Source: Selaginella moellendorffii
Taxonomy: Eukaryota; Plantae; Lycopodiophyta
DNA: 64,000 nt
Reading direction: 5' to 3'
Assembly (NCBI RefSeq): GCF_000143415.4
Contig: NW_003314330.1
Coordinates: forward strand, 774,089 to 838,088
Numbering within the stretch: position 1 is the first letter of the stretch; every line of letters begins with the position of its first letter. This document shows, in pieces, positions 23,001 to 35,910 of this stretch. Under the pieces are notes generated by a model. That model did no database searches, was not told the origin of the DNA, and worked only from the letters and a program-made list of their open reading frames with translations. The position numbers and the translations under genes were made by a program.

Positions 23001-24814
23001 GGATCAACCCCGTCGCCAATTCGAACAGAGTCATCCACACTCTCCACTTCCATCACTTGAACCCAAAAGGTCCGACATCCCCTCTTAGCTGCTTTTTGAG
23101 CGGCCCTCGCAGTCAGGAACTTTCCATCCCAATCCTTTGAGGAACGCTTTTGCAACTGGAAGGACACATCGGGTCGTCCTTCAGACTTCAACGTGATGCG
23201 ACTTTGTCCAGCACCATAAATCCCTTTTATATACTTGTTGAAGAAATCCATACCAAACACCATCTGAAAATCTGGTATCTTCAACACTACCAAGTCCACT
23301 CTTTCTTTCCACTTGGATATCTTTATTGGAACATCACTCACAAACTTTCTGGCTACTTGCCCACCTTCCGCAAACCGGAAGTGCATAGGCGACATTTGCT
23401 CAGCATTCAATCCTAACAACTTAACTAAGTCTTCGGATATCACGCTGTGCGTAGCTCCCGTGTCAATCATCACTCGGATTCGGTGTCCACGGACAAAGCC
23501 TACCAGATACATCAACGGATCAGTGTTTGCATTGACTGCAAGAAAAGCTTGAGGAAAGCAACGAAAGTTACTCACCTCTTCTTCCTCATAGTCTGCATTG
23601 ACCAACTCGTCAACCCCTTCAGCTTCATCACCACCGTCTTCCCTCATGACATTAACTCGAGACCTTGTCTTATGCTTGTTGGGACAATCCGAGGACCTAT
23701 GTCCTGACTCTCCACAATGGAAGCAATGACCCACACTACCCGTTCCGCTAGGAGCAGGTTTTGCAGGTTGCTGCTGCTTGTACCCACCAGGAGGAGGAAC
23801 AGAGGGCCTAGGACCAGAAGAAGCTGCTGGTGGTCTCCAACCACCACCACCTTTGTTAACCGTTGCTTGTGAGCCTCCAGGGCGGAACCTACTCTCCACC
23901 CTCTGTTTCCGATCACCTTGTTTATTCCCAGAATTCCTATTCTTGTCCGAGTTACCAGCATACGGTTGCTGATATTGTTCCATGAGTGAGTGACTAAAGG
24001 CAACTTGCTGCGCTGCCTCCTTACACTCCAGATACGTCTTCGGCTTAAACTTCAAAATCTCATTGCGAGAGAGTGAACTTAAACCCTCCAGAAAATAACT
24101 CCGAGCATCTTCGTCACTCATATTTGCAATCATAATGCGCTTCTGAGCAAACGCATTAACGTAATGCATGAGATCCCCTCGCTGCTTTAACCGCCGCAGC
24201 TCCGCGCGAAGTCTGAGACCAAGATCATCCGGCAAGTATTCCTTACGGATACGAGATCGCATCTTGGTCCAACTTCTAGTCTGCCCTTTTTCAGCACACA
24301 CTTGGCGCCACCAAGTTTTGGCATGATCGGTGAGAAAGGATTGCGCGCACGCAACTTTCGTACGATCATCTACGTCTGCCGCTATGAAGTAGTTCTCCAT
24401 ATCGTAGACCCAGTCTTCCAAAACCTGATAGTCCCGCATGCCTCTGAAGTTGGGTGGTTTCGGAGGCTTGAACTTTGAAACTCGTGCAACCGGGGGCGGC
24501 TGCAGAACTTCATCGTCCTCAGAACTTGAAGAGGAGTCTGGTTGCTTAGGCTTAGCTGGTTTAGCTGCCTCAGCTTCTTTCTTCCTCTTCTTGTTCTCCT
24601 TCTTCAATTTGCGAATCTCCTTTCGCAAATTCTCGATCTCGACTTCCTGAGCCGTACGCTGCAACGCCGCAGCATTTGGCTCTTCCTCTTCTGACTCAGC
24701 CTCAGCCTCTTCCGCAGCATCTCTAGCAGGAGTTTCCTCCTCTCGATTCGCCCGTCTAGAGGTTTCAGCATCATCAACACGGTTCCGTTTCACCATCCCG
24801 CTAGCTGCATGCAT
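20081..24814 (-). CDS. gag-pol: Gag-Pol polyprotein (Gag, CCHC knuckle, protease, RT, RNase H, integrase, chromodomain)
   Basis: [14 protein letters not shown]; MIDTGA; LYIDD; HCDASG; HH-CC and DDE integrase; GPY; [10 protein letters not shown]...[18 protein letters not shown]. First in-frame ATGs at 24814 and 24796. Confidence 0.96.
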   Translation of the reverse strand: MHAASGMVKRNRVDDAETSRRANREEETPARDAAEEAEAESEEEEPNAAALQRTAQEVEIENLRKEIRKLKKENKKRKKEAEAAKPAKPKQPDSSSSSEDDEVLQPPPVARVSKFKPPKPPNFRGMRDYQVLEDWVYDMENYFIAADVDDRTKVACAQSFLTDHAKTWWRQVCAEKGQTRSWTKMRSRIRKEYLPDDLGLRLRAELRRLKQRGDLMHYVNAFAQKRIMIANMSDEDARSYFLEGLSSLSRNEILKFKPKTYLECKEAAQQVAFSHSLMEQYQQPYAGNSDKNRNSGNKQGDRKQRVESRFRPGGSQATVNKGGGGWRPPAASSGPRPSVPPPGGYKQQQPAKPAPSGTGSVGHCFHCGESGHRSSDCPNKHKTRSRVNVMREDGGDEAEGVDELVNADYEEEEVSNFRCFPQAFLAVNANTDPLMYLVGFVRGHRIRVMIDTGATHSVISEDLVKLLGLNAEQMSPMHFRFAEGGQVARKFVSDVPIKISKWKERVDLVVLKIPDFQMVFGMDFFNKYIKGIYGAGQSRITLKSEGRPDVSFQLQKRSSKDWDGKFLTARAAQKAAKRGCRTFWVQVMEVESVDDSVRIGDGVDPVPKKILELLAQNQDIFPKDLPPRLPPSREVDHRIEVIPGSKPPTKAPYRLNIKEMAELKKQLTELLDKGHIRPSKSPYGAPILFVMKKDGTMRMCIDYRALNKITVKNSYPLPRIDDLFDQLLKAKYFTRLDLRSGYHQIRVADQDVEKTAFKTRYGSYEFLVMPFGLCNAPATFSTMMDRIFGDYLDAFVVLYIDDVLVFSETLEDHLKHLELVFQKLREHKLYAKESKCAFGQLRVNFLGHIVGGGVIEVDPKKVEAVKSWEIPTTVSDVRSFLGLAGYYRKFVRNFARIALPLTELTKSSIPFHWTPACQRAFVRLKEILTTVPVLRIPDLDKPFEVHCDASGYAIGAVLQQDCDKAVGVTLRRHGCPVAFYSKKLDETQRRWPTHEKEMFAIVSALEHWRHYLGGHSKVYTDSNTLSYFATQPKLTPKQARWQEKLARYDIEIIYKPGKDNIVPDALSRQAQFRAISAISSDWLEDVRASYGNDPLAKTILRRAELSKQSPSSEAAKVASRTNAKLHFSVRDGLIFYKQERLYLPSKDLQQLFLREHHDVPAAGHGGQRKTLASLKKGFFWSGMEGDVADYIRSCPICQQCKRKAEKQAGKLQCIPAPAWPFQSVTLDFVTCLPKSKGYDTLMVVVDRLSKIAHFIPTVGTVNAKQAAKLFFHEVVRVRGLPEVMISDRDSRFTGKFWGTLFQLFGTKLKFSTAYHPQTDGQTERVNAQVEDYLRYYVAADQRDWVEHLDTAEICYNNTFHSAIGCSPWEMLQGNARGVPQQIVVPKPMSEVLVPAVETYAEQLRQGWSRATEAMGKAQDRYRRDKDQHRRDVSYQVGDQVWLSSQNLNIKGSLSRKLLPRYVGPYRVLKRIGDVSYRLDLPAEMSNVHNVFHANLLAPYTMDVARQGEIRPPPDVVDGEPEYEVETILDSRFRRRARAKEYLVKWKGYPTCESTWEPLSNLTHARELVTEYENSNKT

Positions 24815-24973
24815 GCCTCTATCAGTAACTGAACATGCATACAACGTTCTTACCGAATGGTGCAATCCAACTAATCCTACACAGGTCGCTTCGGATCTAC
24901 TAGAAAAGTCTCTGCGTATGCAACTTGAGTCAGAAAATCCGACAAAAGTTGGATAGGAATCGCTGAGACAATT

Positions 24974-24985
24974 CCTCTGATACTA
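24974..24985 (-). promoter_or_regulatory. Primer-binding site, tRNA-iMet type, with TGG>TAG change
   Basis: Minus strand TAGTATCAGAGG, 2 nt after the 5' LTR. Confidence 0.85.
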
Positions 24986-24987
24986 AA

Positions 24988-25908
24988 TGTAGCGCACCTG
25001 AATTTGGAGCCGAACTCCAAGCCCGTTGCGCTACGAAACGAGGGTCCGGTGCAAGCCCACGAGCACCAGCTCCCCGTATCCAGCACCTGCACGCAAAATG
25101 GTGTCAGACGGAGTCTGGCACAATTTTGGCATACCGGTGGCCTAACGCAAGGAGGAGGGTACTCCACTGACTAGAGCAGCGTGGAGCTTGGGCTTAGACC
25201 CAAGCCGGACGCAGAACAAGGAGCGACACAGCCCAGCGGGAGCCAAACTAATGTCTCAGGTGGTCGGACATGCATTCCAACCACTATCCCTACTATACAT
25301 TTGGAACCCCCCACAGCCCCCCCCCCCCTTGAGGAACACACGCTTTGGGCTTTCACCCCAAGCCTCCCTTAGTACCAGGAGTTAGTCTCTGGGACAAGCT
25401 CGAAACTTACTAAATATGGAATGGCGCTAGATTGCGAATTTGGACACGGGACGAACACCATTGTGTTCAGGCCGACCTCTACATTCCGTAGATATGCCAA
25501 ATGAGCAAATCTAAACACTTTCCATAAATAGCATTTGGGACCGAAATGAGACTAACACAAAGGGCATGATAGCGAGGGTGTTTGGCAGACACGGTAAGCT
25601 ATCATCCGGCGTTATTGAGGGACTAATCTCAATACGCGAGGGTTCTTGTCACTAGCCAGTGCAAGACATAACGAGACGGGAACTCCTTACCGGGCTAAGT
25701 ATGCTTAGCTAATAGCACGTAGGAATTCCGTCCTTATGCTCGTCCGGTCTAAGTACACTCGAAATGCCCAGTTAACTCCACTAGCACAAGAGGGGCTACT
25801 AAAGGGATCCAACTGTACCGATCTCCTGCCGTCATGGCAGTAAGGAAAGAGTGTCCGTAAGGACTAGCCGACAAGTATCTTTCGATACCCGAAGTCACAT
25901 TCGCGACA
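24988..25908 (-). repeat. 5' LTR of chromovirus (921 bp)
   Basis: Matches 18553-19472. Confidence 0.97.
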
Positions 25909-27714
25909 GGGGAGGGGGGTTTCAAATGTATAGTAAGGATAGTGGGTAGGTTGGGCATGGCTGACCAACCTAAAACATAGTTTAGCTCCTGCTTATGTGC
26001 TTGTCCTTGTTTTGCGTCTAGCTTGAGTCTAAGCCCAAGCTCCATTCCACACTAGCTGGTGGAATACCCATATCTTTGCGTTAGGCCACCGATATGCCGA
26101 AATAGTGCTAGACTCCATTTGGCTCCGTTTTGCGTGTTGGTCCTGACATTGGGATGCTGGTTGCTCTAAGACTGTTCCAAGTCTCTTTGGGCTTTTGTCC
26201 CTTTGCTCCTTAGGCTATATACTCGGGAGTTGCTCCGTGGTCCGGTTTTGTCACTCCTTGGTTCCATGCTTGGGAGTTTGGCACCATTCCTTTGTTCAGT
26301 GGCCCAAGGCCTTGAACCTTGGGTTTTGCACCACTGTCATTTGGACACGTGGCATGTATCACGTGGTATAAAAAGGGTTTAGGTTCTGCTTTGTGGTGTT
26401 ATCCTATGGTAAATCACCATAAGATAAAGGGTCAAAACCACGTGCACTACATTTGGTATCAGAGGCATACGTCTCACAGGTGCTATCCAATGAGGTTGGG
26501 CAATTAGTTTTGTTGCATATGTAGAGATGAAAATAATGATCCGAGTGGGTACACGTTTGGGTGTAAAGACTTCGCAATTGTTCCTTAGGTATGGATTTAG
26601 TTACCTTGTTATACCTTATGATATGAGTTTGCTCTTGGGCTCATAGGATGGAATAAGTTGTACCGTTAGCACGAGTTTGAGCTTGGGCTCGTGAGTGAGG
26701 CGCATTAGCAACTTGAGGATACGCTTTGAGTTGGCAAGATTAATGTTAGCCTATCGGTGGTTCAATGAGTTGTTCCATGTACCATGGGTGAAAGTAAACC
26801 TTCCTTGAGTTTGCTATAAATGGCAAATAGGCTGATCTATAGCTATTTAGCACGGCACTAGTGGATCTTTCCTAGGCATGTTTACAAGTGAATCAATCAA
26901 GACTATAAGGATTAGTCTATTGGTTCAAGTAATCATTGCCATGCTCTCTCATAAACTTTTCTTGGATTGGACTAAAGGTAGTGTGAAAGCAAGCTTGAGG
27001 TTTAGTCAAAGATGAGACTGAAAAGAGAGTCGTCAGGGATGAAGGATCAAACACATAAATCATCTTCCCTTCTTGGAGAGATGATTTGCAATGAGGTGTG
27101 ACTCATTGCTCGTGTTCATATCATGCAATCAAAAGTCCTTACCTTAATGCATATTGGAAATGATGGTCTTGTAAGTGGTGAGTTGTGGGATGGATAGCGG
27201 TGAAGCGCTATACCATTTTATCTAGGCTTGCTATTAGAAGACTTAGGTTATAATGCTCAATTCTTTTTTGGGAACCTTGCTATTGCTCCTTGAGTAGCTT
27301 GGTGTTGGATTAGTTTTGAGTTTGGTCAAAAAGAGGGTAGCATAAGCTTGTTCGTATTGTGAACAAAAGTTAATGGTATTGGGTGTTGTAAATCTCTATC
27401 GGTGGAGTGTGGCATTTATATTGTATTTTGTTGAATCGAGTTGGCACTTGATACTCACATAAATGTTTGAAGTAATGACATAGGCATTACTCATTGTGTT
27501 ACGCAATTGATGATCAAATCATTATGATTTTTTATATCATATTCATGTGATAATGAGTAATGTGTTTACGAAGTTGCCTGGTTAAACGATGATCAACCCC
27601 AAAGTGGTTGATAGTGAAGCTAGTCTACTTGCACGTAGTAGCATTCTAGTAGCTTTGACTAGATTCTAGATGGTGGTCCATTATGAAACTCTCTGACTCC
27701 AACCAAATAGCACA

Positions 27715-27890
27715 TCAAACTTTTTCGAGCGAGTTTTGTAAGTTACCTGTGTCCAGAATTGATGATCATGTTAGTAGGAGCACTCAATGTGACTGCTTTT
27801 GGCTGGCATGGCCAGGCTAAGGAAATTCCACAAGTGTGTTGTCAGTGGATGGAGCATTTTGTTGTTGAGGACCTCAAGCATTCTTACAGT
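27715..27890 (-). pseudogene. Subtilase relic copy, exon-4 fragment
   Basis: Diverged match to 44710-44900 (GTTACCTGTGTCCAGAA...GGCTGGCATGGCCA...GTGTGTTGTCAGTGGATGGAGC). Confidence 0.8.
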
Positions 27891-29118
27891 ATTTGTAATT
27901 CATTTTTATTACCAATTCCTGTAGTATTTATAATTAATTTTTACTACCAATTACTGTAAGTTTGTCTGCTAGTCAACTGTCGTTGACTGAGAGTCAGTCA
28001 GCCAGCTGTCGGTCAAGCACTTAAGTCAGAGTGATTGACTGACAGTCGGACCCATCTGCGGTTTGAAATTTGAAATGGCTATTTTGAAGAAATTGCTTTC
28101 GGTTTTTAAAACATTTTTGATTTAGTGAAACTGCTCCAAAGCTCAGAAAGTTGAAGTTAGCATCACCAGAAACGTTGTTTGTTGTGGGGTTCCATATCTC
28201 AGTCAATGCCTACATGACAAGTGCTGCTGGGTGCCTTCTAATATTTCTGAACTGCTGTTGTATATTTGGATCCTCAAGATAGTTAACAAACTCCCAAGCT
28301 GAGTTGTCATCCCAATTCGGAATAACCTTCTTCGACCAGCTTTTAGGGGTTGATCTCCACAAATGTGTTCATTATTGTGGACGCCCACGTACTATCCCTC
28401 TGCCTGCTGTGACTCTGCTTCAAGTTCAACCTGTTGTCCTGGCTCCTCTCGGCCCGGCCTCAGTCAGCTGTCCATCTTCATCCATGACCCGACATGGACC
28501 CATGCTCCTGCTTGCATGTCGCTTGATGATCGGAAACCATTTAATGTGGTAGATTATAGCTGTATTCTCGCACTTCCTCGTGGCAGAGTAAGTTCAAAGC
28601 TTCAAACCTATGCTCAAGATCTTGTTTACACCACAACCATTCACTACAGTCTGTGCTCATAACATGCTTCCTCACTCTGATTCTCCGTGGACATGTCTTT
28701 CCAAATTCGGCTCTGCAGTACACGCAGCTGTATTCTCTGTTGTCGTCCTTAAAGGTAAACTTAGACACAGGGTCATCTGGTTTCGGATCCCCGCTCCCTG
28801 TCTGTGCCTGCTGTGGTTGTGCTTCAGCTTCAGGCTGCTCCTCGTTGCCGCCCGCTCCTTGTTGCTGCTCCTCACTGCCACCGGTGCCATGCCCAGACTG
28901 TTGCCACCCTCTGCTGGCACCACGCCCAGCCTGTTGCCACCCTCCGCCAGCGCCATGCGCCTGTGCCTGTTGCCACCCTAGCTGCTCATCACCACTGCCA
29001 CACTTCATCCAACAGAATATTTCTTAATGCTGGTTCCCAAAATTTGGATTTACTTTAATTACGTATATTATGCTAATATATTCGTAGTATGAAACTGCTT
29101 CGGCTAATTTCACTACTG
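27887..29118 (-). mobile_element. Probable hAT-like relic with BED-finger ORF (28541-29008), interrupting the subtilase relic
   Basis: VSKFTFKDDNREYSCVYCRAEF...RVRKHV resembles a BED zinc finger. AGTCA/TGACT short repeats at 27970-28050. Only weak CAGTA termini and no TSD. Confidence 0.45.
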
Positions 29119-29480
29119 ACAAGTATATTATGGTGAATCAAGGTGAAGCAGATATGAGATAGGTCTGGAATTATTTTCACCTTCAAGCTTAAGCACGTTG
29201 GAAATCAAATCTAATGTTTGTTTGTCTAGGGGACCTGTGAACTCCTTGGGAGTTAAAGAGTAATGAAAGAAGCAACAGCTTTGCTTGGTATGCTTGAGAA
29301 GTTATGGAGCTCATCTTATTTATATTTGTGATTGTAATTATTGTTTAGAGTGTGCTAGAATGTTATTCTTTAGAGAAGAACTTTAATTCAGCCCATTCCA
29401 AATGATAGTCAATGCAAGAATTTATTTGAGCTGGGATTGTAAAAGCAAGAGTTTTACTATTGTTCTTACTTTTATGTTCT
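29110..29480 (-). pseudogene. Subtilase relic copy, exons 1-2 and promoter
   Basis: Diverged match to 45120-45510 (CTTGAGAAGxTATGGAG...ATCTTATTTATA...CTGGGATTGTAAAAG). Confidence 0.7.
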
Positions 29481-29964
29481 TCAAAATGTTACTTCTTACA
29501 TAGCTACTAAGCAATTGTTTCAAACTGAATTATAAATAATATTAAAATAAATAAGTAAATTACAATATTATAAATAAATTGCTATGTCTTGCATGTAGCA
29601 ACACTTGGTTTGCTTAATAGTAGTGTTATTTTTACTTATTAATCTAATTGATCAAATAAAGTTTATAATTACAAGCATGTTTTTTAATTTATAAATACAA
29701 GATTAATCTTATTGCATATCAACCATTAGATGATAGAATAAAAAATAATATACTAGAAAGTGTTTAAGAAATTTTATAAATTATAAATATATTTATAAAT
29801 TATAAATACAAGATTAGTCTAAATGAATAATAACTGTTAGATGGTAAAATATCCTAGAATATCCAAGTATATTCTATTTATATCCACTACCATTCTAATC
29901 CCCCTATAGGTTTGCTTAAGGAAAATAATAATTTAAACTATTTATTTAGAAATTAAAATATTAT

Positions 29965-30500
29965 TGTGAGGTCCAAGTGTATAGCTATGATGCCATATAC
30001 TAATATTAGTAGAATGGGATTTTGGTAGGCATCAAATTGGTTTCAATTTGGATTACTTGCTCTTGTATATAAGCTAAAGTTTTTGGGTTAATTGATATGC
30101 ACATTTTTTATATTCTCTTTCCATATTTCGTCCACTCACATTGGTGGAAATGATCTTCATGGCAGAGTAGTAACCTCCTCCTCCTTTAACTCTAGAGCCG
30201 CAATTAGTGCAATTGCTTGATGCTATATAATTGCAATTGAACAATCAGACTCAATTGATGGCAGCATTCATAACACATGATACAACTCTTTCTGCTTTTG
30301 TTGCCAATCCTCGCATCTGGTTAGAGTTCTTCCATAGGAATCTTGAGAATACTCCAATCTTCACAAATGGCTATGCTCAAACCATTGTACCATTGCAGCA
30401 TCATCCCTTAGAGACACGTGGGAAACTTATGCAAAAATCAATCATTATCCTAAGAATGATGTCCAAAAACACGTGGCAATCACCATAAAGTGATCAAGCC
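29965..30500 (+). mobile_element. Truncated copy of the short-LTR Gypsy family: LTR 29965-30140, PBS, gag fragments
   Basis: TGTGAG...CTCACA followed by TTGGTGGAAATG. Homologous to 40722-40896 and to gag sequence near 40150-40490. Confidence 0.75.
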
Positions 30501-30657
30501 AATAGTATTCATACCTCTAAAATTTGAAATCGTATGTATTGGGCATCTATACATACGTCCATCCTCTTGTGAAAAGACCTTGCTTAAGGGTATATTATAT
30601 TTTAAGTAGCCATTAATCAATGGGAATCGAGTCCGTGCCATTTGTTTCGATACCACA

Positions 30658-32320
30658 TGTAGTGCACGTGGTTTTTACGCTTTATCCTATGGTGATTTAC
30701 CATAGAATAACACCACGAAACAGAATTTAAACCCTCCATGTGCCACATGTCACATGCCACATACCACATGTCACATGTTTAATGGACAGTGGTGTGGAAC
30801 CCAAGTTTCAGGGCTTTAGGCCATTGAAGAAAGGAACAATGCCAAACTCTCAAGCATGGAGCCAAGGAGGAATGGCACTAAAGCATGGAGCAACTCCTAA
30901 GTATACAACCCAAGGAGTGTAAAAACAGGAACATGGAATGACTTAGAACAATATTAAAGTATTTAACATCCCAATGCTAGAATTAGCATACAAAATGAAG
31001 CTAAACAAAGTTTGGCGTTATTTCAGCATACCGATGGCTTAATGCAAGGATATGGGTACTCCACCAACTAATACAGTGTAAAACTTGGGCTTAAACTCAA
31101 GCTGAACACAAAACAAGGATAGACATGCAAGTGGGAGTTAAATTATACCTCAAGTTGGTTGGCCATACTCAACTTACCCACTATCCTTATTATACATTTG
31201 GAGCCCCCTATATCCCCCCTTTTTAAGGAATACACGTTTTGGGCTTTCACTCCAAGCCTCCCTTAGTACCAGGAGTTAGTTTCTGGGACAAGCTCGAAAC
31301 TTACTAAATATGGAATGTCCCTAGATTGTGAATTTGGACATATGACAAACACCGTTGTGTTCAAAACAATCTCTACATTCTGTGGATATGCCAAATGAGA
31401 AAATCTAGACACTTTTCATAAATAGCATTTGGGATCGAAATGAAACTAACACAAAGGGCATAATAGCGAAGGTGTTTGGCAAACATGGTAAGCTATCATC
31501 CAGCGATATTGAGGGACTAATCTCAATATGCGAAGGTTCTTGTCACTAACTAGTGTAAGACACAACAAGACGGGAATTCTTTACCGGGCTAAATATGCTT
31601 AGCTAATAGTATGTAGGAATTCCATCCTTATGCTTGTCTGATTTAAATACACTCGAAATGCTTAATTAACTCCACTAGCACAAGAGGGACTCATAAAGGG
31701 TCCAACAATACCGACCTCCTACTGTCATGGCAGTAAAGAAAGAATATTTAAAAGGACAGCTAACAAGTAACTTTCGATACCTAAAGTCACATTTCTGACA
31801 CTCTCCTGCCTTTAGGGAAGATTGATGTCCTTGTCGATGCATACTTTAGTCTAGAACACCGCCAAGGAAACAACTCTAGAAAAAGTTCACAGTATTCACA
31901 CTTTATGAGAAATGCACCAACTTAAATGAGTTAGGATAATCTCTTTGTCTAACGCAGATGCGCTACCAACTCAAACACCTTTTGGCTGTTGCCGACAAGG
32001 AAATGACCAACAGAGTTAACCACCCTTGCTGCTCTAGGTCACCCAACTTACAAAAGTGTGATATGCCCCTACCTGCAAGGACGTAGAAAGAGAAGCCAAA
32101 GGCTTCAACCCTCTTAAGCAAAGAAATTAAACCTGTCAGTAAAGATTAGATAGACTATTGTAAACAAGCAGTTAGAGTTGTTTACACGGTCACACCCTTT
32201 GAACGAAATAAGGAACATCGACAAAGAAGCGGGTGATATGACTAGTTTACAGTAGCTACCCCATGACTAAAGATTTCAACATGCACACAAAGTGTCGAAA
32301 CCAATTTGCCTATACTAGCC
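30658..32320 (-). mobile_element. Old chromovirus-family LTR (30658-31800) with PPT and 3' UTR remnant
   Basis: TGTAGTGCACG...CTGACA. Adjacent CTCTCCTGCCTTTAGGGAAG and homology to 19473-19990. Confidence 0.85.
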
Positions 32321-33119
32321 CAAACTCAAATATCAATAGATGGACAATATCAAAGTCATAGACATTGATATCTTAGAGTCTTAATTATTAGTGATTAAAT
32401 TATAGATGTATTCCAAGTAAGTTATCATCTGATAAACCAGTATTAAAGTATAGAACCACCAAGATCATCAAAATTGCAAAACATAGGATTTACTTTCTAA
32501 TAAAATTCAATAGCAAGTGTATTATCAAGAAAACTCAATGATAACACATAACTTAAATAGCATGCTAAACAACTTATAAAAGACAACTAAAAGAATACAA
32601 AGTATCATTGGCTAGCAAACAATACTCGTGAATGTATCACCCGAAGGAAATAACATCTTAATCTATCAAAATTAATTCGAGCAACAATCAATAAAACAAA
32701 GTAAATGCCGTAAAACCAACAAACACTTCTTCATGTCAAATATCGTACTAGTCAAGCTCAATAGATCCCAGTTAACAATACGAAGAAACTCTAGTTGCTT
32801 AAGCAAGTGTTAACAACATCCTATCGATGTCACAAACCCAAGATACCAATTTAGAGCAAACCTCAAAAAACATGTGGTATTGCGAAAAACTATAACACGA
32901 ATAAATGCACGAATATTAATATTGAGTTTCATTAGTCTCGATGAAGATAGTGTCAATGATTTAGCTGTATGGAGAGACATCTTAGTTCACTTAAATCTCA
33001 ACATCAACAATGTCAATAATAGAGCCCTTAATGACTATTTTATCCCCATTTATCTCCCAAGGTTTCAAAAATCCATAGTGATAATATATCCAAATCTCAT
33101 CCCATGATCACATGCATTA

Positions 33120-33691
33120 CATTAAGTTAACATGAATATGCATATTTCTATATTTAGGGCCCTTACATTTTATAAAGATGTTTGAAATAAGTAGTACTAC
33201 CCAAACCTAATGACATTTAACTTTAAGTATTCTAAAAACTTTAATTGATTCGAAAAAAAAAGGTGCATTTTTGTTTATGAGCCCTTTTTCTATATATTTG
33301 AACTCCTATGGATTATCTATTGAATCCTTTAATTGCTAATATTTTTATTTTTTATTATGCAAATTAAAAAAAAAGCTTGAGTGTTAGTCTACAATTAGTT
33401 AATAACTCTCAATTTTCCACACGTTGTTACTTAGAACAAAATTTAAAAAAAACATAAAATTCTTTAATTAATACTTATGCTTTATGATTTAGCCAATTGT
33501 TAGATTTTGAGAGAAAGAATGTTAATGGCTGCATAACAACTTAAATAATGAAAGTTATGTATGTAAAGTAGTAATTTCAAGTCATATGTGTGGTACCATC
33601 TACACAAGTTTTGCCTCTGATACTTTTGAAAGACATAGATTCACCAAGCTTAAATCTTAAGATTTGAGTTGTAAATGTTTAAAATAATGTT
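33120..33691 (+). repeat. AT-rich segment duplicated at about 41300-41862
   Basis: Near-identical sequence from GTTAACATGAATATGCATATT to AAAATAATGTT. Confidence 0.9.
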
Positions 33692-35548
33692 TCCATCCAA
33701 GAGGACTGTGATGGAGGGATAGTTGAGGCTGAAAGAGGTGTTGTTCTTGGGGCATTTGCTGCTACTGTCGCCTGTGATGTTTTGGATTTGCTTGGAGGTA
33801 TAGCCTGAGTTACAGAGATAGGTGATATAGTCGAGAGGATCAGTGTCGTAGAATAGTCCTGGATTGACTGCTTTCACTGGTTGGATCTCACCGTTTCCAA
33901 TGTTGAAAACAGTCGCTGCCTTGTTAGTGCTTGGATCGACGATTGTTTTGTTGGTGTTGTCTTTGGTGATAGCTGCCAAGAACACTCTTGAGTCTCCAGT
34001 TTTATTTTGTTTTCTCTCGACTTACCTGTGGTCATGACTGCTGATTTGATCGCCGCAGGACTCCATGTTGGGTGAATGGATTTCAAGTAAGCGATGGTGC
34101 CACTGACGTGAGGGCACGCCATGGAAGTTCCAGAGAGAAAAGTGTACTCCACGAACACTTCCTTTCCATTGTCAGTGTCGGGGATATTGATTGGCCAAGC
34201 TGCTAAGATCTCGACTCCTGGAGCGGTAACGTCCGGCTGCAACGCGAGATAAGTCACAAGCTTCATGGTGTGTCTTTCGAGTACCTTGATGATATCCGGA
34301 CTGATTGTGTGTGGACCTCTTGACGAAAACTCCGCTACAACAGGTGCTGGCTTGTAAGGAATCGTTGTTCCTCTGAGAATTCGTGATTTACAACTGCACA
34401 GAAACCACGAGGCCAAGAGTAAGTTTCCATCACCTTTTGATCATCTGTTATACTTACTTGGCTGCTATTTTAGCATCCTCGTTGATCTCCCTGTCGATTG
34501 TACTGGCACCGACTGTGAAGATCCAGGGAGCACCGTTGGACACTGATCCAGTAAATGGTCCAGAGTTTCCACCAGCGCAAGAGACCATGATCCCTCTTTC
34601 GACGGCGTGATAGGCACCAATCGCAATGACATCTACGCTGTAAACTGCGGGATAGCCTCCAAGTGAGATGGACAGGACATCCACGCCGTTGTTGATGGCA
34701 TCGTCGAAACCTGCAGCGATGTCAACCTCCTCGCAGCTATCAGTCCAGCAGACTTTGTACATGGCAATCCGAGCATTTGGAGCTCCTCCTCAGGTCGTGC
34801 CCAGAGCGAGTCCTCTCTTACTCACGTGTGGAACCAGGCTTCCAGCAGCTGTCGATGACGTATGAGTTCCATCAACCGAGTCTCTTGAGTTCTTGTATGG
34901 ACCCATCAAGACTTTCGCTCCATTACAGTATCTGGCTCCAACGAGCTTCCTGGTAAGGAGTTTATTCATCACTTTAGTCTAATCTTGTGGCAAACTCTAA
35001 CACGTACTTGTTGCAGTTGACAGTCTCATTGGCTTTGGTGCCTGGTGGATTGATGCAAGTTCCTCTCCAACGAGCTGGCACAGGTCCCATGTCGGTGTCC
35101 TTGAAACTCTCCGACTCCGGCCAGATTCTTACGCACAGAGCAAGTAAACACATTGAGCTTTTCCAAGCGAGTTTTGTAAGTTACCTGTGTCCAGAAGCCT
35201 GATGATCACGTCAGTACTTGGAGATCCAGTGTGACTGCTTTTGGCAGGCATGGCCAGGCCGAGGAAATCCCATGAGTGTGTTGTCAGTGAATGGAGCGTT
35301 TTGCTGGGATAGATGTTGAGGACCTCAGGCATTCCTACACAGTGGTCTGTTAAGCAATGACTGGAGATTGTTTTGGCCTCTTCTTCAGTCAGGTATGCCG
35401 AGAACCCACTGAAGGCATACTTATAGCTGAAGATGATGGACAAGTGAGCATTGCTAATGCTGGAAGACAAATTCTCAGAAGTGTGAGCCTTGCCAAGGCA
35501 CAAAAGGAATTGATGAAACCTTCCAACAGCTCTGGCAAGTATGTTAAC
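33692..35548 (-). pseudogene. Subtilase pseudogene (duplicate of 42935-45326)
   Basis: Very similar to the intact copy. CGA>TGA nonsense at 34790-34792. A 3-bp deletion near 34873 turns SVGHGTH into SVDGTH (catalytic His lost). Both ends truncated. Confidence 0.92.
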
Positions 35549-35910
35549 TATTGACAATGTGGTAGAAGTTGGTGCTTTTTTGGTAGTGCATTTATAACTA
35601 CTATTGGATACTTTTTACTTAGTTTAGTGGTGTTCAATATTCTTGTTTGGGCATTTCATGTATTAATGTCTAGATTGGGGATATGCCACACTTTCAAGAG
35701 AGTGTTGTATTTGTCATCAATATCATCCATAAATGAATGATTTGGTGGAACAATTTGTTAAGATTTTCAAGGGGATGATTGTAAAGTATATAAACTTTCA
35801 ATCAAAATAAGATGGTTATTTGGCATCTTTCTAGGAATTGAGTTTATATTTGCATTTATTATAAATTGTTGATGATAGGTTATGGTATTAATATTTGATA
35901 AACATTCCTT

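Larger units (their letters stand above)
18553..25908 (-). mobile_element. Young full-length Ty3/Gypsy chromovirus LTR retrotransposon
   Basis: Near-identical TG...CA LTRs, TSD GGGGA (18548-18552 and 25909-25913), PBS, PPT and uninterrupted gag-pol. Confidence 0.97.
17951..27700 (+). mobile_element. Older chromovirus-family element: 5' LTR (17951-18552 + 25914-26451, split by the young insertion), PBS and non-coding internal remnant
   Basis: Starts TGTCGCGAATGTGAC, ends GCACTACA, then TGGTATCAGAG (tRNA-iMet PBS, 26454-26464). Diverged reverse complement of the young LTR. Right boundary approximate. Confidence 0.8.

Noticed and set aside
27887-29118. Defined TIRs and TSD for the BED-finger element
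   Set aside because: CAGT/ACTG ends overlap host-derived subtilase sequence, and no 8-bp duplication is present.
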